DNA of 64,000 bases from an uncultured Alphaproteobacteria bacterium (GCA_963762605.1 CAVXLJ010000025.1:7187-71186), one strand, 5' to 3'; shown: positions 1 through 12,768, numbered from the stretch's first letter. The notes: generated from the letters alone by a model not told the origin. Made by a program: numbers and translations.

Positions 1-1298
1 ACATCCTGGACCGTGAAGACCACGCTCGCGCGCAGCTCCGGCGATACTCTGTAGCCGTGATCTTCCTTCGAAAAGAAGCGGGCGAGGCGATCCGGCGAAA
101 CCTCTGCCTCGATGGCCTGAGGATAGAAGCCATCGCGGGCACTGGCGACCGCATCCGCATCGACATCGGAGGCAAAGACCTGAAGCTTGACGTTGCTCTT
201 TGCCGTGCTGATCGCCTCGCGGAACAACATGGCCAGCGAGTAGGTCTCCTCGCCGGTGCTGCACCCGGCGACCCAGATGCGCAGGGGCTGATCTGACGAC
301 CGGCGATGGACGAGGTCGGGAATGACCGTCTCCGCCAGGAGATCGAATGCCTGTCGGTCGCGGAAGAAGCTGGTGACATTGATGAGCAGGTCGCTGGCGA
401 GGCGTGAGAGTTCGTCCGGGTCGCGGCGCAGAGCCTCGAGATAACGCTCCATGCCATCGGTCTCGATCGCGGCCATCGCCATGCGCCGCTCGATCCGGCG
501 CTGCAGGGTTCCCGACTTGTACAGCCTGAAATCGTGCCCCGTCGTCGTGTGCAGGAGCTCGATGATCTCGGGCAGCCATTCCGGTGCGCTATCCTTGGCG
601 CGCGATCCGTTCCGCTTCCGCGTGAGGATCATCCGCCGATCGTAAGTGGCCAGCGCATCGGGAATCTTCGCAACCGGCAGCACAAGATCCACAGCACCCG
701 TGGCGATCGCGCTTCGCGGCATGCCGGCAAAGCTGGCCTCATCAGGGTCCTGCGCGATGACCAGGCCGCCGTTCTCCTTCACGGCTTTCAGCCCGAGCGC
801 GCCATCGGCCCCGGTTCCCGAAAGAATCACCGCGACGGCCCGCGGACCACATTCCTCCGCCAGGGAGTGCAGCAGGAAGTCAAAGGGCAGGCGTGCACCG
901 TGACGTGCCTGAGGCCGCGAAAGGTGGAGGGCGCCATTGCCTATCGACAGATAGGTTGCCGGTGGAATGACATAGAGATGGTCCGGCTCAAGCGGCATCC
1001 CATCGGTTGCCTGGCGCACGGCGATCGGCGTGTGCCCGGCGAGCAGGTCCACCATCATGCTCTCGTGGGTCGGATCGAGATGCTGGACCAGAATGAACGC
1101 CATGCCGTTACCGGCGGGCACTCCGTCCATAAGCTTGCTGCAGGCCTCCAGGCCACCAGCCGAAGCGCCTATTCCGACAACCGCGAAGTCGTCGGTGCCG
1201 CGCGGCGGGCCGCGGGCCGCCAGCAGGCGCCGGCTCGACTTGGGGCGCGCGGCCCCGGTCTGTGGCGAACGGGAATGTGGCACTTGCACGGCTTTCAA
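1..1298 (-). CDS. CheB methylesterase / CheR methyltransferase fusion protein, N-terminal part (gene runs off the left edge)
   Basis: Absent from the ORF track because it has no stop in the window. My hand translation of the minus strand is open from ~1298 to 1. It reads FAVVGIGASAGGLEA, LVQHLDP and GGLVIAQDPDEASFAGMPRSAI (CheB-like), then HDFRLYKSGTLQRRIERRM, LLINVTSFFRD and RIWVAGCSTGEETYSLAMLF (CheR SAM-methyltransferase-like). Start uncertain: TTG 1298, GTG 1289 or GTG 1283. Confidence 0.8.
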   Translation of the reverse strand, partial: MKAVQVPHSRSPQTGAARPKSSRRLLAARGPPRGTDDFAVVGIGASAGGLEACSKLMDGVPAGNGMAFILVQHLDPTHESMMVDLLAGHTPIAVRQATDGMPLEPDHLYVIPPATYLSIGNGALHLSRPQARHGARLPFDFLLHSLAEECGPRAVAVILSGTGADGALGLKAVKENGGLVIAQDPDEASFAGMPRSAIATGAVDLVLPVAKIPDALATYDRRMILTRKRNGSRAKDSAPEWLPEIIELLHTTTGHDFRLYKSGTLQRRIERRMAMAAIETDGMERYLEALRRDPDELSRLASDLLINVTSFFRDRQAFDLLAETVIPDLVHRRSSDQPLRIWVAGCSTGEETYSLAMLFREAISTAKSNVKLQVFASDVDADAVASARDGFYPQAIEAEVSPDRLARFFSKEDHGYRVSPELRASVVFTVQD

Positions 1299-1444
1299 AG
1301 CGCTGGCTATCAGCGGGAACTTCGGTCGATCCGATAGGGCCGTATGTTGATGTTATCACAGTTTCCCGAGGCCGGCCGATGCCGCTGCGTTAATTCGGAG
1401 TAACGCTCCGCTTTCAACGCCGAAGTCCCCGCCCTGCCGCCGCG

Positions 1445-1464
1445 GCCAGTTGAGTATTTTCCGA
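1445..1464 (+). repeat. 20-nt motif GCCAGTTGAGTATTTTCCGA, copy 1
   Basis: Identical 20-mer read again at 3459..3478. Both copies are intergenic and in the same orientation. Confidence 0.9.
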
Positions 1465-1717
1465 TCCTGTCTTTGGCGATCTGCATTCGGCTACGGTCGG
1501 GGCCATAGAAGAAACGTGCCTTGCGGAGCGTTCACATGGCCCTCCTTGTGCTCATCATTGCCGCAACAGCCGCACTGCTTGCGGTGGACACCGGCTGTTA
1601 CCTGTGGCTGCGTGCCAACGAAGCCCGCCGCACCTTGCCGATTCGGCACGTCTTGGGCCGTCGCAAACCACAGGTGGGCGCGGCATAGGCATGGTTCGGC
1701 AATCGGGAGCGGCAGCA

Positions 1718-2152
1718 ATGGCGGATGGTCGGTCGAGCGAGCTCCGGGACGCGATTTCCAAGCCGCTTCTGGCAGTGCCTGTTCCAATGCCTGCGCTTCG
1801 CATCCTCCTCGTCGAAGACGAAGCCATCGTCGCCATGCTGTTGGCTGACCTGCTCGTCGCGATGGGGCATGAGGTTTGCTCGATCGAAGCGACCGAGGCC
1901 GGCGCCGTGACCGCCGCCGTTCGGTGCAGGCCGGACCTGATGATTGTCGATGCACACCTCCTGGAGGGAAGTGGCGCCTCGGCCATTGCCGCCATCCTCC
2001 GCGCCGGCTTTGTTCCACACGTGTTCGTCACCGGCGATCCTCTGAGGACGCAACCGCTGGCTCACGGGGCAGTCGTTCTTCAGAAGCCGTTCCGGGAACC
2101 TGACCTCGTCCGGGCGATTGAAAGCGCGTTTGGCGCCACGGTTGGTGCGTGA
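1718..2152 (+). CDS. Single-domain response regulator (CheY-like receiver)
   Basis: ORF 1604..2152. The receiver signature LRILLVEDEAIVAMLLADLL...DLMIVDAHL...VFVTG...LQKPF is present. The ATG at 1718 (MADGRSS) is preferred over the GTG at 1604, but the start is uncertain. Confidence 0.75.
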   Translation: MADGRSSELRDAISKPLLAVPVPMPALRILLVEDEAIVAMLLADLLVAMGHEVCSIEATEAGAVTAAVRCRPDLMIVDAHLLEGSGASAIAAILRAGFVPHVFVTGDPLRTQPLAHGAVVLQKPFREPDLVRAIESAFGATVGA

Positions 2153-2221
2153 TCGAGATCGTCGGCAAGGGCCGCGGACCGAATGCCTGACGACTCGATC
2201 GTCATGGTTCTGCAACTGGCG

Positions 2222-2530
2222 TCAAGCAAGGCGGGCTGCGCTCGCCACCGTCGCAAAGTCGGCTCGAAGCTCCGCAAACGACATGCCGCACTTCGGATTC
2301 TCATGAAGGAGATTTTCGGTCTCCGCGTCGATGTCGAGTGCGGTACCGTTGCGCCTCGCTCGCTCGACGAGGCCGATGGCGCGATCGAGCATGCTCTTGC
2401 GACCTTGGGCTTGCCGATGCGCCGATCGCGCCTTGCGACGCCCCACAGGTACCTTCCGGTTCGCGGAAGGAGTAGCCGGCGGCGCCCGGATCACGGCCGG
2501 CTCGGCGATGCCGGTCCTCAGGATTTTCAT
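2222..2530 (-). CDS. Hypothetical protein
   Basis: ORF 2222..2626. An internal ATG at 2530 (MKILRTG) is preceded by AGAGG about 5 nt upstream. No recognisable domain. Confidence 0.35.
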   Translation of the reverse strand: MKILRTGIAEPAVIRAPPATPSANRKVPVGRRKARSAHRQAQGRKSMLDRAIGLVERARRNGTALDIDAETENLLHENPKCGMSFAELRADFATVASAARLA

Positions 2531-2887
2531 GCCAACCTCTATCTGCTGTTCGGCCGCCGATGCCAAAATCGGGCCGCGCCTACCGAGGCAAAGCCAGAAC
2601 GAACAATTGCCATAGGCAATTTGCAAGTCAGCTTAACCGTCGACCCCGCGCCGGCAAAGTGTCGGAATGTACTCATGATGGCCGCGATAATCCAGAAGTC
2701 GGCGGCAAGAAAGATCTAAAGTTCAGCTGCCGGTTCAGAAGAACAAAATTGGGCAGATATTTCAGGCTGCGCATATAGGTATATTCCGACGCTGTTTTTA
2801 CTGCTGGCAAAGACCCATCTCCTCAATGGTCAATTCCAAACGACGATCGCCATTTTCGCCAATAGATCGTCATACCAGGACTAAAAC

Positions 2888-3307
2888 ATGAATAAGTTCA
2901 TTTCGACCGTCTCGGCAGCAGCGCTGCTCGGCTTGGCCGCACTCGCAGGGATCACGCCTGTTTCAGCAGCTCCCTGGAACCAGAACTACCAGCAGCAGGA
3001 CCGCTACATCGCGAACTTCTGCGACCACAACCCGAATGCCGGGCAATGTAACGACTGGCGCTCGAACCACAGCCGCTGGGGCAACAACCAATATCAGGGC
3101 TTCTATCGGACTCATCGGAACGACAGCCGCTTCGGTGGCAATCTTGCTGCGGGCCTATTCGGCTTCGCCGTCGGTGCCGCGTTGACCGGCAGCCCGGGAT
3201 ATATGAGCAACCACGTCAGCGCCTGTGAATACAGGTATCGCTCGTACAACGCGCGCACCGACACTTTCCTCGGCTTCGACGGCTTCCGTCATGCCTGCCG
3301 GCTCTAG
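2888..3307 (+). CDS. BA14K family protein (secreted)
   Basis: N-terminal signal peptide MNKFISTVSAAALLGLAALAGITPVSA. Gly-rich hydrophobic segment. C-terminal BA14K-type motif HVSACEYRYRSYNARTDTFLGFDGFRHAC. Confidence 0.85.
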   Translation: MNKFISTVSAAALLGLAALAGITPVSAAPWNQNYQQQDRYIANFCDHNPNAGQCNDWRSNHSRWGNNQYQGFYRTHRNDSRFGGNLAAGLFGFAVGAALTGSPGYMSNHVSACEYRYRSYNARTDTFLGFDGFRHACRL

Positions 3308-3458
3308 ACTGCGCCGCACCATCTTCCCTGCCGAATAACGGGAAGAGCCGGCGAGGCGATTGCCCCGCCGGCGCTACACCACCACCAGCCCTGCCCCTTC
3401 GGTGGCGCGGTCGCGAGACGCACTTGAGATGCGCGCCGGCCAGAGCGTCTTCTCCCAA

Positions 3459-3478
3459 GCCAGTTGAGTATTTTCCGA
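3459..3478 (+). repeat. 20-nt motif GCCAGTTGAGTATTTTCCGA, copy 2 (about 130 nt upstream of gadB)
   Basis: Perfect match to 1445..1464. Confidence 0.9.
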
Positions 3479-3609
3479 GTCTACGGCCCCACGCCGCCTG
3501 CGTTTATCGTCAAACCCCTTAGCCAGACGACGCGCACCCTCTCCGATGCGGCCGAAGTCCGGCGCAGCTGCGCGCATGGCGCAGCGGATAGCAGTAAGGG
3601 CAGTCGAAC

Positions 3610-5046
3610 ATGGCACTTCACAAGAGAAACGACATTCGCCAGCAGATCGACGCGGACATCTACGGCACGGTGGCGGCCGACGTGTCGGTGCCCAAGTATC
3701 GGATGCCTGCGGGCGAGCTGAGGGCCGACGTCGCACATGCGCTGGTCAGCGACGAACTCATCCTCGACGGCAACGCGCGGCAAAATCTGGCGACGTTCTG
3801 TTCGACCTATCTCGACGCCGAGATTCACCAGCTGATGGACGTGTCGATCGACAAGAACATGATCGACAAGGACGAATACCCGGCCACGGCGGAACTCGAA
3901 AAGCGCTGCGTCCACATTCTCGCCGATCTGTGGAATGCGCCGAAATCGGCCAATGCGACGGGCTGTTCGACCACCGGATCGAGCGAGGCCGCGATGCTGG
4001 GCGGCCTGGCGCTGAAGCACAAATGGCGCGATCGAATGAAGGCGGCGGGAAAGCCCACCGACAAGCCCAATCTGGTCACCGGTCCGGTTCAGGTGTGCTG
4101 GCACAAGTTTGCCCGCTACTTCGACGTCGAGCTGCGCGAGATACCGTTGGAGCATGGCCGCCTGGGCATGACGCCGGAAGAGGCGCTGAAACGCGTCGAT
4201 GAGAACACCATCGGCGTCATGCCGACCTTCGGTGTGACCTTCACCTGCCAATACGAGCCGGTGGCGGAAATCGCCGAGGCGCTGGACCGCCTGGCGCGTG
4301 AGACGCAGCTGGATGTGCCGATCCACGTCGATGCCGCCTCGGGTGGCTTTGTCGGACCCTTCGTCGAGCCCGACCTGGTTTGGGATTTCCGGATTCCGCG
4401 CGTGCACTCGATCAACAGCTCCGGCCACAAGTTCGGGCTGGCGCCGCTCGGTGTGGGTTGGGTGTTGTGGCGCGAAGAGGCCGACCTGCCGGAAGATCTG
4501 ATCTTCTACGTGAACTACCTGGGCGGCAACATGCCGACATTCGCGTTGAATTTCTCGCGTCCCGGCGGCCAGATCGTCTCTCAGTATTACCTGTTCCTGC
4601 GGCTGGGGCGCGAAGGCTATCGGCGCATCCACCAGAACGCCTACGACACCGCCCAATATATCGGCCAGGAGATCAGGAAGCTCGGTCCGTTCGAGCTGTT
4701 CTTCGATGGCTCCAGCGCCAAGGGTATTCCCGCCGTCTCGTGGGTGATCAAGGACGGCGCCAGGCCGGGTTACACTCTGTTCGACCTCTCCGAGCGACTG
4801 CGCATGCGCGGCTGGCAGGCCGCGGCATACACGATGCCGCCCAATATCACCGACGTGGTGGTGATGCGGCTGCTGATCCGGCATGGCTTCAGCCGTGACA
4901 TGGCCGACATGCTGCTCGAGGACTTCCGGCGCGCGATCGATCATCTGCACAAGCATCCCTCGACCAGGCCGACGTCGGCAGACGAGGGAGCGACCTTCAC
5001 CCATCATGCCCTGCCGAAGGAAAAGCTGCCGGTGCGAACTCCCTGA
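3610..5046 (+). CDS. gadB: Glutamate decarboxylase (PLP-dependent)
   Basis: 478 aa. Reads [11 protein letters not shown]...[29 protein letters not shown]-lysine motif [22 protein letters not shown]. Length and N-terminus are typical of bacterial Gad. Confidence 0.92.
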   Translation: MALHKRNDIRQQIDADIYGTVAADVSVPKYRMPAGELRADVAHALVSDELILDGNARQNLATFCSTYLDAEIHQLMDVSIDKNMIDKDEYPATAELEKRCVHILADLWNAPKSANATGCSTTGSSEAAMLGGLALKHKWRDRMKAAGKPTDKPNLVTGPVQVCWHKFARYFDVELREIPLEHGRLGMTPEEALKRVDENTIGVMPTFGVTFTCQYEPVAEIAEALDRLARETQLDVPIHVDAASGGFVGPFVEPDLVWDFRIPRVHSINSSGHKFGLAPLGVGWVLWREEADLPEDLIFYVNYLGGNMPTFALNFSRPGGQIVSQYYLFLRLGREGYRRIHQNAYDTAQYIGQEIRKLGPFELFFDGSSAKGIPAVSWVIKDGARPGYTLFDLSERLRMRGWQAAAYTMPPNITDVVVMRLLIRHGFSRDMADMLLEDFRRAIDHLHKHPSTRPTSADEGATFTHHALPKEKLPVRTP

Positions 5047-5108
5047 CCTGCACGGAACGGGTTGTTGCTCACGACTTCACGTGCAAAACGAAGATTGGAG
5101 GCCGCGTC

Positions 5109-6572
5109 ATGGCGCAGGCCAAGGACAGCCAGAAAACTCTGGGCGTATTCTCGATCGGCCTCATGACCGCGGCCGCGGTCGTGACCAGCTTGCGCGGCCT
5201 GCCGCTGCTCGCCAAGGAAGAGATGACGATGTTCGCCTATCTGGCGTTCACCGTCGTCTTTTACCTGATCCCGGCATCCCTGGTGTCCGCCGAGCTCGGC
5301 GGTGCGTTTGCCGAGAAAAAGGGCGGAATATACGCCTGGGTCGGCAAGGCCTTCGGCACCCGCTGGGGGTTCCTGGCGATCTGGCTGCAGTGGATTCAGA
5401 ACGTCGTCTGGTACCCGATCACCCTGACCTTCGGCGCCGTTGCCCTCGCCTACACCATCGGCCTGCCCGATCTGGCCAAGAACGGCATCTATGTCGGGCT
5501 GTTCTGCATCGTCGTCTATTGGCTTGCGACGTTCGTGGTTCTGCAAGGCGTCGCGGCGCTCGCCAAGATCGCCAACTGGACATTCCTGATCGGGACGGTC
5601 CTTCCGGGCGCGGTTCTTCTGCTTCTCTTTGGCTACTGGATCGTGTCCGGGCACGCCATCGGATGGCAGCATCTCACCGACCCCGCCGTGTCGGACAATG
5701 GACAGGCGCGCTTCTGGCCGTCGATCAACGGATTGGGCACGGTGGCGTTCCTCGCCGGAATCGTGCTGCTGTTCGCCGGCGTCGAAGTGCAGGCGGTTCA
5801 TGTCGTCGACATGAAGAATCCGAAGACAGGATTCCCGGCGGCGATCGGGCTGGCGGCCATCGTGTCTCTGCTTCTCTATGCGGTCGGCGCCGTTCCGGTC
5901 GCGGCGATCCTGCCCTACGCCAAGATCTCCCTGCAATCCGGCGTCTTCGACACCTTCAACGCGGTGATCACAGACGTCTGGCACATCGGATGGCTCGCGC
6001 AATTCCTGGCGCTGCTGGTGGGAATCGGTGCGATCGCCGGCGTGTTTGCCTGGCTCGGCAGCCCGAGCAAAGGGCTGCTCGCCACCGCGCATGACGGCAA
6101 CTTGCCGCGCGTACTGCACGCGACGAATGCCAACGGCATGCCGACGCATATCCTGATCGTGCAGGGCGCGGTGGTGACGGTCATGTCGAGCCTGTATTTC
6201 GTCATCAAGGACGTGTCGGTCGTGTTCTTCCTGGTTTCGGCGATGACCGTCGCGCTCTATCTGGTCGCTTACATGCTGATGTACGCCGCCGGTATTCGCC
6301 TGCGCTACAGCCAGCCGAAACTCGCGCGGCCATTCAAGGTGCCGGGCGGAATGGTCGGCATGTGGCTGGCCGCCGGCATCGGCTTCCTTGGGGTGCTGTT
6401 CAGTTTCCTGGTGGCGTTCTTCCCGCCCGCTCAGTTGCCGGTGGGTTCGCCCGTTCTCTACGTTACGCTGGTGGTCGTCGGCACCGTGGTGTTCTGCGGC
6501 GTGCCGCTTGTTCTCCATGCGATGCGTCGGCCCGACTGGGTGAAGGACGCGACCGCGCAGCCGGCGGCGTAG
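5109..6572 (+). CDS. gadC: Glutamate:GABA antiporter (APC superfamily)
   Basis: 487 aa polytopic membrane protein directly after gadB. The GGIYAWVGKAFGTRWGFLAIWLQW region resembles the GadC/APC family. Confidence 0.8.
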   Translation: MAQAKDSQKTLGVFSIGLMTAAAVVTSLRGLPLLAKEEMTMFAYLAFTVVFYLIPASLVSAELGGAFAEKKGGIYAWVGKAFGTRWGFLAIWLQWIQNVVWYPITLTFGAVALAYTIGLPDLAKNGIYVGLFCIVVYWLATFVVLQGVAALAKIANWTFLIGTVLPGAVLLLLFGYWIVSGHAIGWQHLTDPAVSDNGQARFWPSINGLGTVAFLAGIVLLFAGVEVQAVHVVDMKNPKTGFPAAIGLAAIVSLLLYAVGAVPVAAILPYAKISLQSGVFDTFNAVITDVWHIGWLAQFLALLVGIGAIAGVFAWLGSPSKGLLATAHDGNLPRVLHATNANGMPTHILIVQGAVVTVMSSLYFVIKDVSVVFFLVSAMTVALYLVAYMLMYAAGIRLRYSQPKLARPFKVPGGMVGMWLAAGIGFLGVLFSFLVAFFPPAQLPVGSPVLYVTLVVVGTVVFCGVPLVLHAMRRPDWVKDATAQPAA

Positions 6573-6576
6573 GTCG

Positions 6577-9096
<2,520 letters not shown>

Positions 9097-9109
9097 TTTC
9101 CGCCGTTTC

Positions 9110-9145
9110 GAAGCTTGGGTAGGAATCGGACAATTCCCAAGCTTT
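9110..9145. terminator. Hairpin downstream of the ATPase gene (possible bidirectional terminator)
   Basis: AAGCTTGGG (9111..9119) pairs perfectly with CCCAAGCTT (9136..9144) around a 16-nt loop, 14 nt after the ATPase stop. There is no clear U-tract. Confidence 0.4.
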
Positions 9146-9284
9146 GGAGAAAAGCGCAGCAGAGAACGCAAAATCGGAGCGAGATTGGCGGTTGCGTAAC
9201 GAGCCAGCGGCGCCAAAACCAAGCGAATCCGCGCCATTTTAGCGGTGATATTGGCGCGCGGCGTTGGATTGCTGAATTCGGGAG

Positions 9285-9360
9285 TGGTGCCGCAAGAGGG
9301 ACTCGAACCCCCGACCCCCGCATTACGAATGCGATGCTCTACCAACTGAGCTATTGCGGC
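9285..9360 (-). tRNA. tRNA-Thr (anticodon CGU)
   Basis: Hand-folded 76-nt cloverleaf. Acceptor GCCGCAA/TTGCGGC, D-arm GCTC-AGTTGGTA-GAGC, anticodon loop TTCGTAA, T-arm GGGGG-TTCGAGT-CCCTC, encoded CCA end. Confidence 0.95.
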
Positions 9361-9439
9361 AATCTGAGCCTTTCGGCACTGCGGCACTGATACAAGCGGA
9401 AAGGGGCCGGTTCAAGTGCGGAAGCGCGGGCGCCTCTCG

Positions 9440-9667
9440 TCAGCTTTCTTCCCGCCCGGCCGCGCGAAGCGCGTCGAGCAGGCCCTGGTGCTCGGGTGCC
9501 AGGCGGCCCTGTTCTTCCAGCCGGGCAAGGATCGACAAGGCTTCGCTCAGCGGTTCGGCCGCATTCGGCGTCTCGAAGGCGGCGAAATTGGAGCAGCTCA
9601 TGGCCAGATCGACCTGCCACGCGGCGTTGGCGGGGTTCCGCGCGTAACGACTTGGGACACCATCCAA
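9440..9667 (-). pseudogene. C-terminal fragment of a TPR-type protein
   Basis: 75-aa ORF. NPANAAWQVDLAMSCSNFA...LSEALSILARLEEQGRLAP resembles the terminal repeat of TPR/NB-ARC-associated proteins. There is no upstream body. Confidence 0.3.
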
Positions 9668-9865
9668 AACGTGGGCTTAGGCGTCTTTTTGACGGCGATG
9701 GGGCTTTTGTCGGCCGTTGTCTTTGTGAATGACACAAGAAAGAAGCGCCAGATCATCACTATCCGGGAAGATGGTTTCGAGGAGACCCGCTGCGGAATTG
9801 GATTCGTGAGGTGGGACGATGTCGAAAAGGTACAGCCTTTCGACATGTACAACGTTCTCGCTGTC

Positions 9866-10072
9866 GACATCACCGTCAAGCGCTTCTACTACGAGAGCCA
9901 CGTTCAACTGCGCCGGCATCTCGTCGACTTAGTCGCCGCCTACAACTTCGGCCGCAGGCTCAAGACCCTCAAAGGCCTCACACCCTACGAGTTCATCTGC
10001 AAACAGAGGACTTCACAGCCCCAGCGGTTCACCTTCAATCCGCTCCAGCAAATGCCGGGACCAAACATCTAG
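9866..10072 (+). mobile_element. C-terminal remnant of a DDE (rve-type, IS481-like) transposase
   Basis: The tail of ORF 9416..10072 reads TVKRFYYESHVQLRRHLVDLVAAYNFGRRLKTLKGLTPYEFICKQRTSQPQRFTFNPLQQMPGPNI, a typical transposase C-terminus. The catalytic core is absent, and unrelated sequence is fused upstream in the same frame. Confidence 0.65.
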
Positions 10073-10972
10073 CTAGCCCGATGCCGCACGGTCGCCTGAC
10101 ACCAGGCGCCCGGGCGCGAGCTTCAGGCGCTCCATCATCGGGCGGCGCTTGGCCAGATAAGCCCCGTTGTGGGGCGACCAGCTGGAGAAGGAATCGTCAA
10201 TCCGGAAGGCCTGTTCGGCGTGATGCGGCCAGTACGGGTCATAGAGCGCCTCACGGCCGATGGCGACGAGGTCGGCCTGGCCGTTCTCGAGTATGGCTTC
10301 CGCCTGAGCAGGATCGACAATCATGTCGACGGCCATGACGTCGTAGGCCGAAACACGGCGACGCCCGTTTTCCAGGGCGAGGGCGTAGAGGTCCACTTGG
10401 TGTCGCAGATCGAAATTGCTGGCGCTGGCCAGATTGCTGCGGAAATCGACCCACATGTTGCGCATCGACTCGAAGTAATTGTCGTTGTTGAGGAGAAATT
10501 TGACCTCAACGCCGCGTTCAACGCGGTTCTGCAGCAAGCTTATTGGTAGGATGACCTGGCTGCCCATCGGGACACTGCCAAAATAGTAGCTGTCCTCGGC
10601 TTCCGCCGATGTACGTGCGCCGACCGTTTCTGCGATCACCTCCTTGGTCTTGCGGGCGTAATTGGCGACGCGCTTCTGCAAGCCGGGGCTGGGATGGAGG
10701 GTGAAGCGGGTGCGCCGATTGTTGGCCGGGCGGCGGACAATCGTGCCGTCGTCGATAAGCCGCTGGATGCGGCGGATCGCCGTCGCATGCGGGAGGCCCG
10801 AGACCAGCGCGAGCGAGGTGATCGAAACGGGATATCCCCCGAGATGGGAATGAATCAGATAGGAGACGATCGACCAATCGGACTCCACCGTGCCGCCGAG
10901 AACCAGTTCCGAATAGGGCTTGCGGATACGATCGATGAAATCGAGGATTCGAAGAAGCTCGTGGTCGTTCAT
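10073..10972 (-). pseudogene. Chimeric ORF: N-terminal winged-helix/solute-binding-type regulator fragment fused to an Old Yellow Enzyme (NADH:flavin oxidoreductase) C-terminus
   Basis: Residues 1 to ~215 look like an HTH (ITSLALVSGLPHATAIRRIQRLIDDG) plus a partial periplasmic-binding-like domain. After ...VSAYDVMAVDM the sequence switches to IVDPAQAEAILENGQADLVAIGREALYDPYWP, the OYE C-terminal barrel strand. Confidence 0.55.
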
Positions 10973-11559
10973 CCTGCCGCAGAACCTTGCTTCTAAAGGG
11001 CTATTCCCGGCGCGCGTCCGTCGCCTGTCCGACCGGCCCCCGCTGAGCGTTCCGCCAGGAATGTTAGTTTAGGGATGACCCTGGCGCCAGCGGCAGCATG
11101 GCCGGCGGAGCGGGTGGAATTTGCGCAGCCGGCCATGCGGCGAGCGCAGGCACGAAGACGTGTCGCGCGAGCGTTGTAGCCGTGCGAGGCAGGAGGCCCG
11201 ACGGTGTTGTCGCGCCGGCGCCGGCACGCTGACCGAGGCGCCGCAGATCTTCGTGCGCGTCCGCGTCAGCGATGACCGCGTCGCGTTGGCCTCCCTCACC
11301 GCCCCCGGCTTTGCCGTCGGCTGCACACCGGATTGGGACGCCATGCGCCCGATAGGGCCGGCCGACCGTGGCGGCGGATAGGTGGACACCAAACCATCCC
11401 TGTGATGTTGTAGCGGTCTCTGAAGCCGCATGAACTGCCCGTGTCGGGGCGGTTCATGCGCAGCTCCGCCTCACATATACAGCGACGAATACGCACAGGG
11501 AGTTGAACAGAACGGGGCGGCCGTCACCTGCAGCGCCACCCTGAGGGAGGGAAGAAACC

Positions 11560-12768
11560 ATGAAACTCACATTTGCAGTGCTCGGTGCCATTCCGGCTCT
11601 GATGCTGTCGACCTCGATCGCCGCCTTTGCCCAGGATAACGTCATCACGCTCGGCGCCTCGGTCCAGGAGACCGGCGGCCAGGCGAATACCGGCCGCTAT
11701 TACGCCAATTCCTATCAGCTCGCCGTTGACACGATTAACGCCAAAGGCGGCATCAAGGTCGGCGACAAGACCTACAAGCTGGCGCTCAAGCTTTACGACA
11801 ACCAGTCCAATCCGAGCCTCGCCGTGCGCCAGTACACGCAGCTGTTGACCTCCGACAAGGTCAACTTCCTGCTCGGCCCCTTCGCCAGCAACTACGTGCT
11901 CGATACCAGCTCGGTGGCCGAGAAGTATCAGGTGCCCATGGTCGAGGGCGGCGGCGCCTCCGGCCAGATCTTCGCCCGCGGCTATAAATACATTTTCGGC
12001 ACCTTGCCGCCGGCCGGGGACTACTACGCCAGCACCATCGACATGCTCGGCAAGCTCGACCCCAAGCCGACGACCGCAGCGCTGGTCGCCGCCGATGACA
12101 GCTTCGACGTCTCGGTCGCCAAAGGCACGCGCGAGCACCTGAAGGCTGCCGGCATCGACCTCGTCGCCGACGAGAAGTTCGCCGACGGCAATGGCGAGTT
12201 CTCCTCGATCCTCTCGATCATCAAGTCGAAGAACCCTGACGTCATCCTGTGGACCGGGCACGAGACCGACGCGCTCAATTTCATCCGCCAGATGAAGAGT
12301 CTCGACGTCAATTCCAAGCTCTATGCGCTGACCGTCGGCGTGCCGACCGACGACTTCCGCAAGTCGCTCGGTAACGACGCCAACTACACCTACGGCATGA
12401 CCACCTGGCTGCCCGACGCCCACCTGACCGACAAGTGGTTCGGCAATGCCGCCGAATTCGCCAAGACCTACAAGGCGAAGTTCGGCGCCGACCCGGACTA
12501 TCACGCCGCCTCCGGCGCCGCCGACGTCGAGACCTATGCCATGGCCATCGAGAAGGCCGGCTCGCTCGACCCGGCCAAGGTGCGCGACGCCATCGCGTCG
12601 GTCAGCTTCGACAGCCTCTATGCCCACGTCAAATACGGCGACAACGGGCAGATCGTCCTGCCCCAGGTCGTCATCCAGATCCAGGACGGCAAGGTCGTCC
12701 CGGTCTACACCACCGACTTCATGACCAAGCCGATGTATCCGACGCCGGCGTGGAACGCCCGCAAGTGA
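11560..12768 (+). CDS. ABC transporter substrate-binding protein (Leu/Ile/Val-binding, LivK-like family)
   Basis: 402 aa with signal peptide [39 protein letters not shown] lies upstream. First gene of a 5-gene Liv-type operon. Confidence 0.85.
   Translation: MKLTFAVLGAIPALMLSTSIAAFAQDNVITLGASVQETGGQANTGRYYANSYQLAVDTINAKGGIKVGDKTYKLALKLYDNQSNPSLAVRQYTQLLTSDKVNFLLGPFASNYVLDTSSVAEKYQVPMVEGGGASGQIFARGYKYIFGTLPPAGDYYASTIDMLGKLDPKPTTAALVAADDSFDVSVAKGTREHLKAAGIDLVADEKFADGNGEFSSILSIIKSKNPDVILWTGHETDALNFIRQMKSLDVNSKLYALTVGVPTDDFRKSLGNDANYTYGMTTWLPDAHLTDKWFGNAAEFAKTYKAKFGADPDYHAASGAADVETYAMAIEKAGSLDPAKVRDAIASVSFDSLYAHVKYGDNGQIVLPQVVIQIQDGKVVPVYTTDFMTKPMYPTPAWNARK

Noticed and set aside
451-1350. Plus-strand ORFs 451..645, 534..1337, 646..903 and 1030..1350
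   Set aside because: They are Arg/Pro/Gly-rich with no domains. They lie antisense to a clean CheB/CheR reading frame that I translated on the minus strand.
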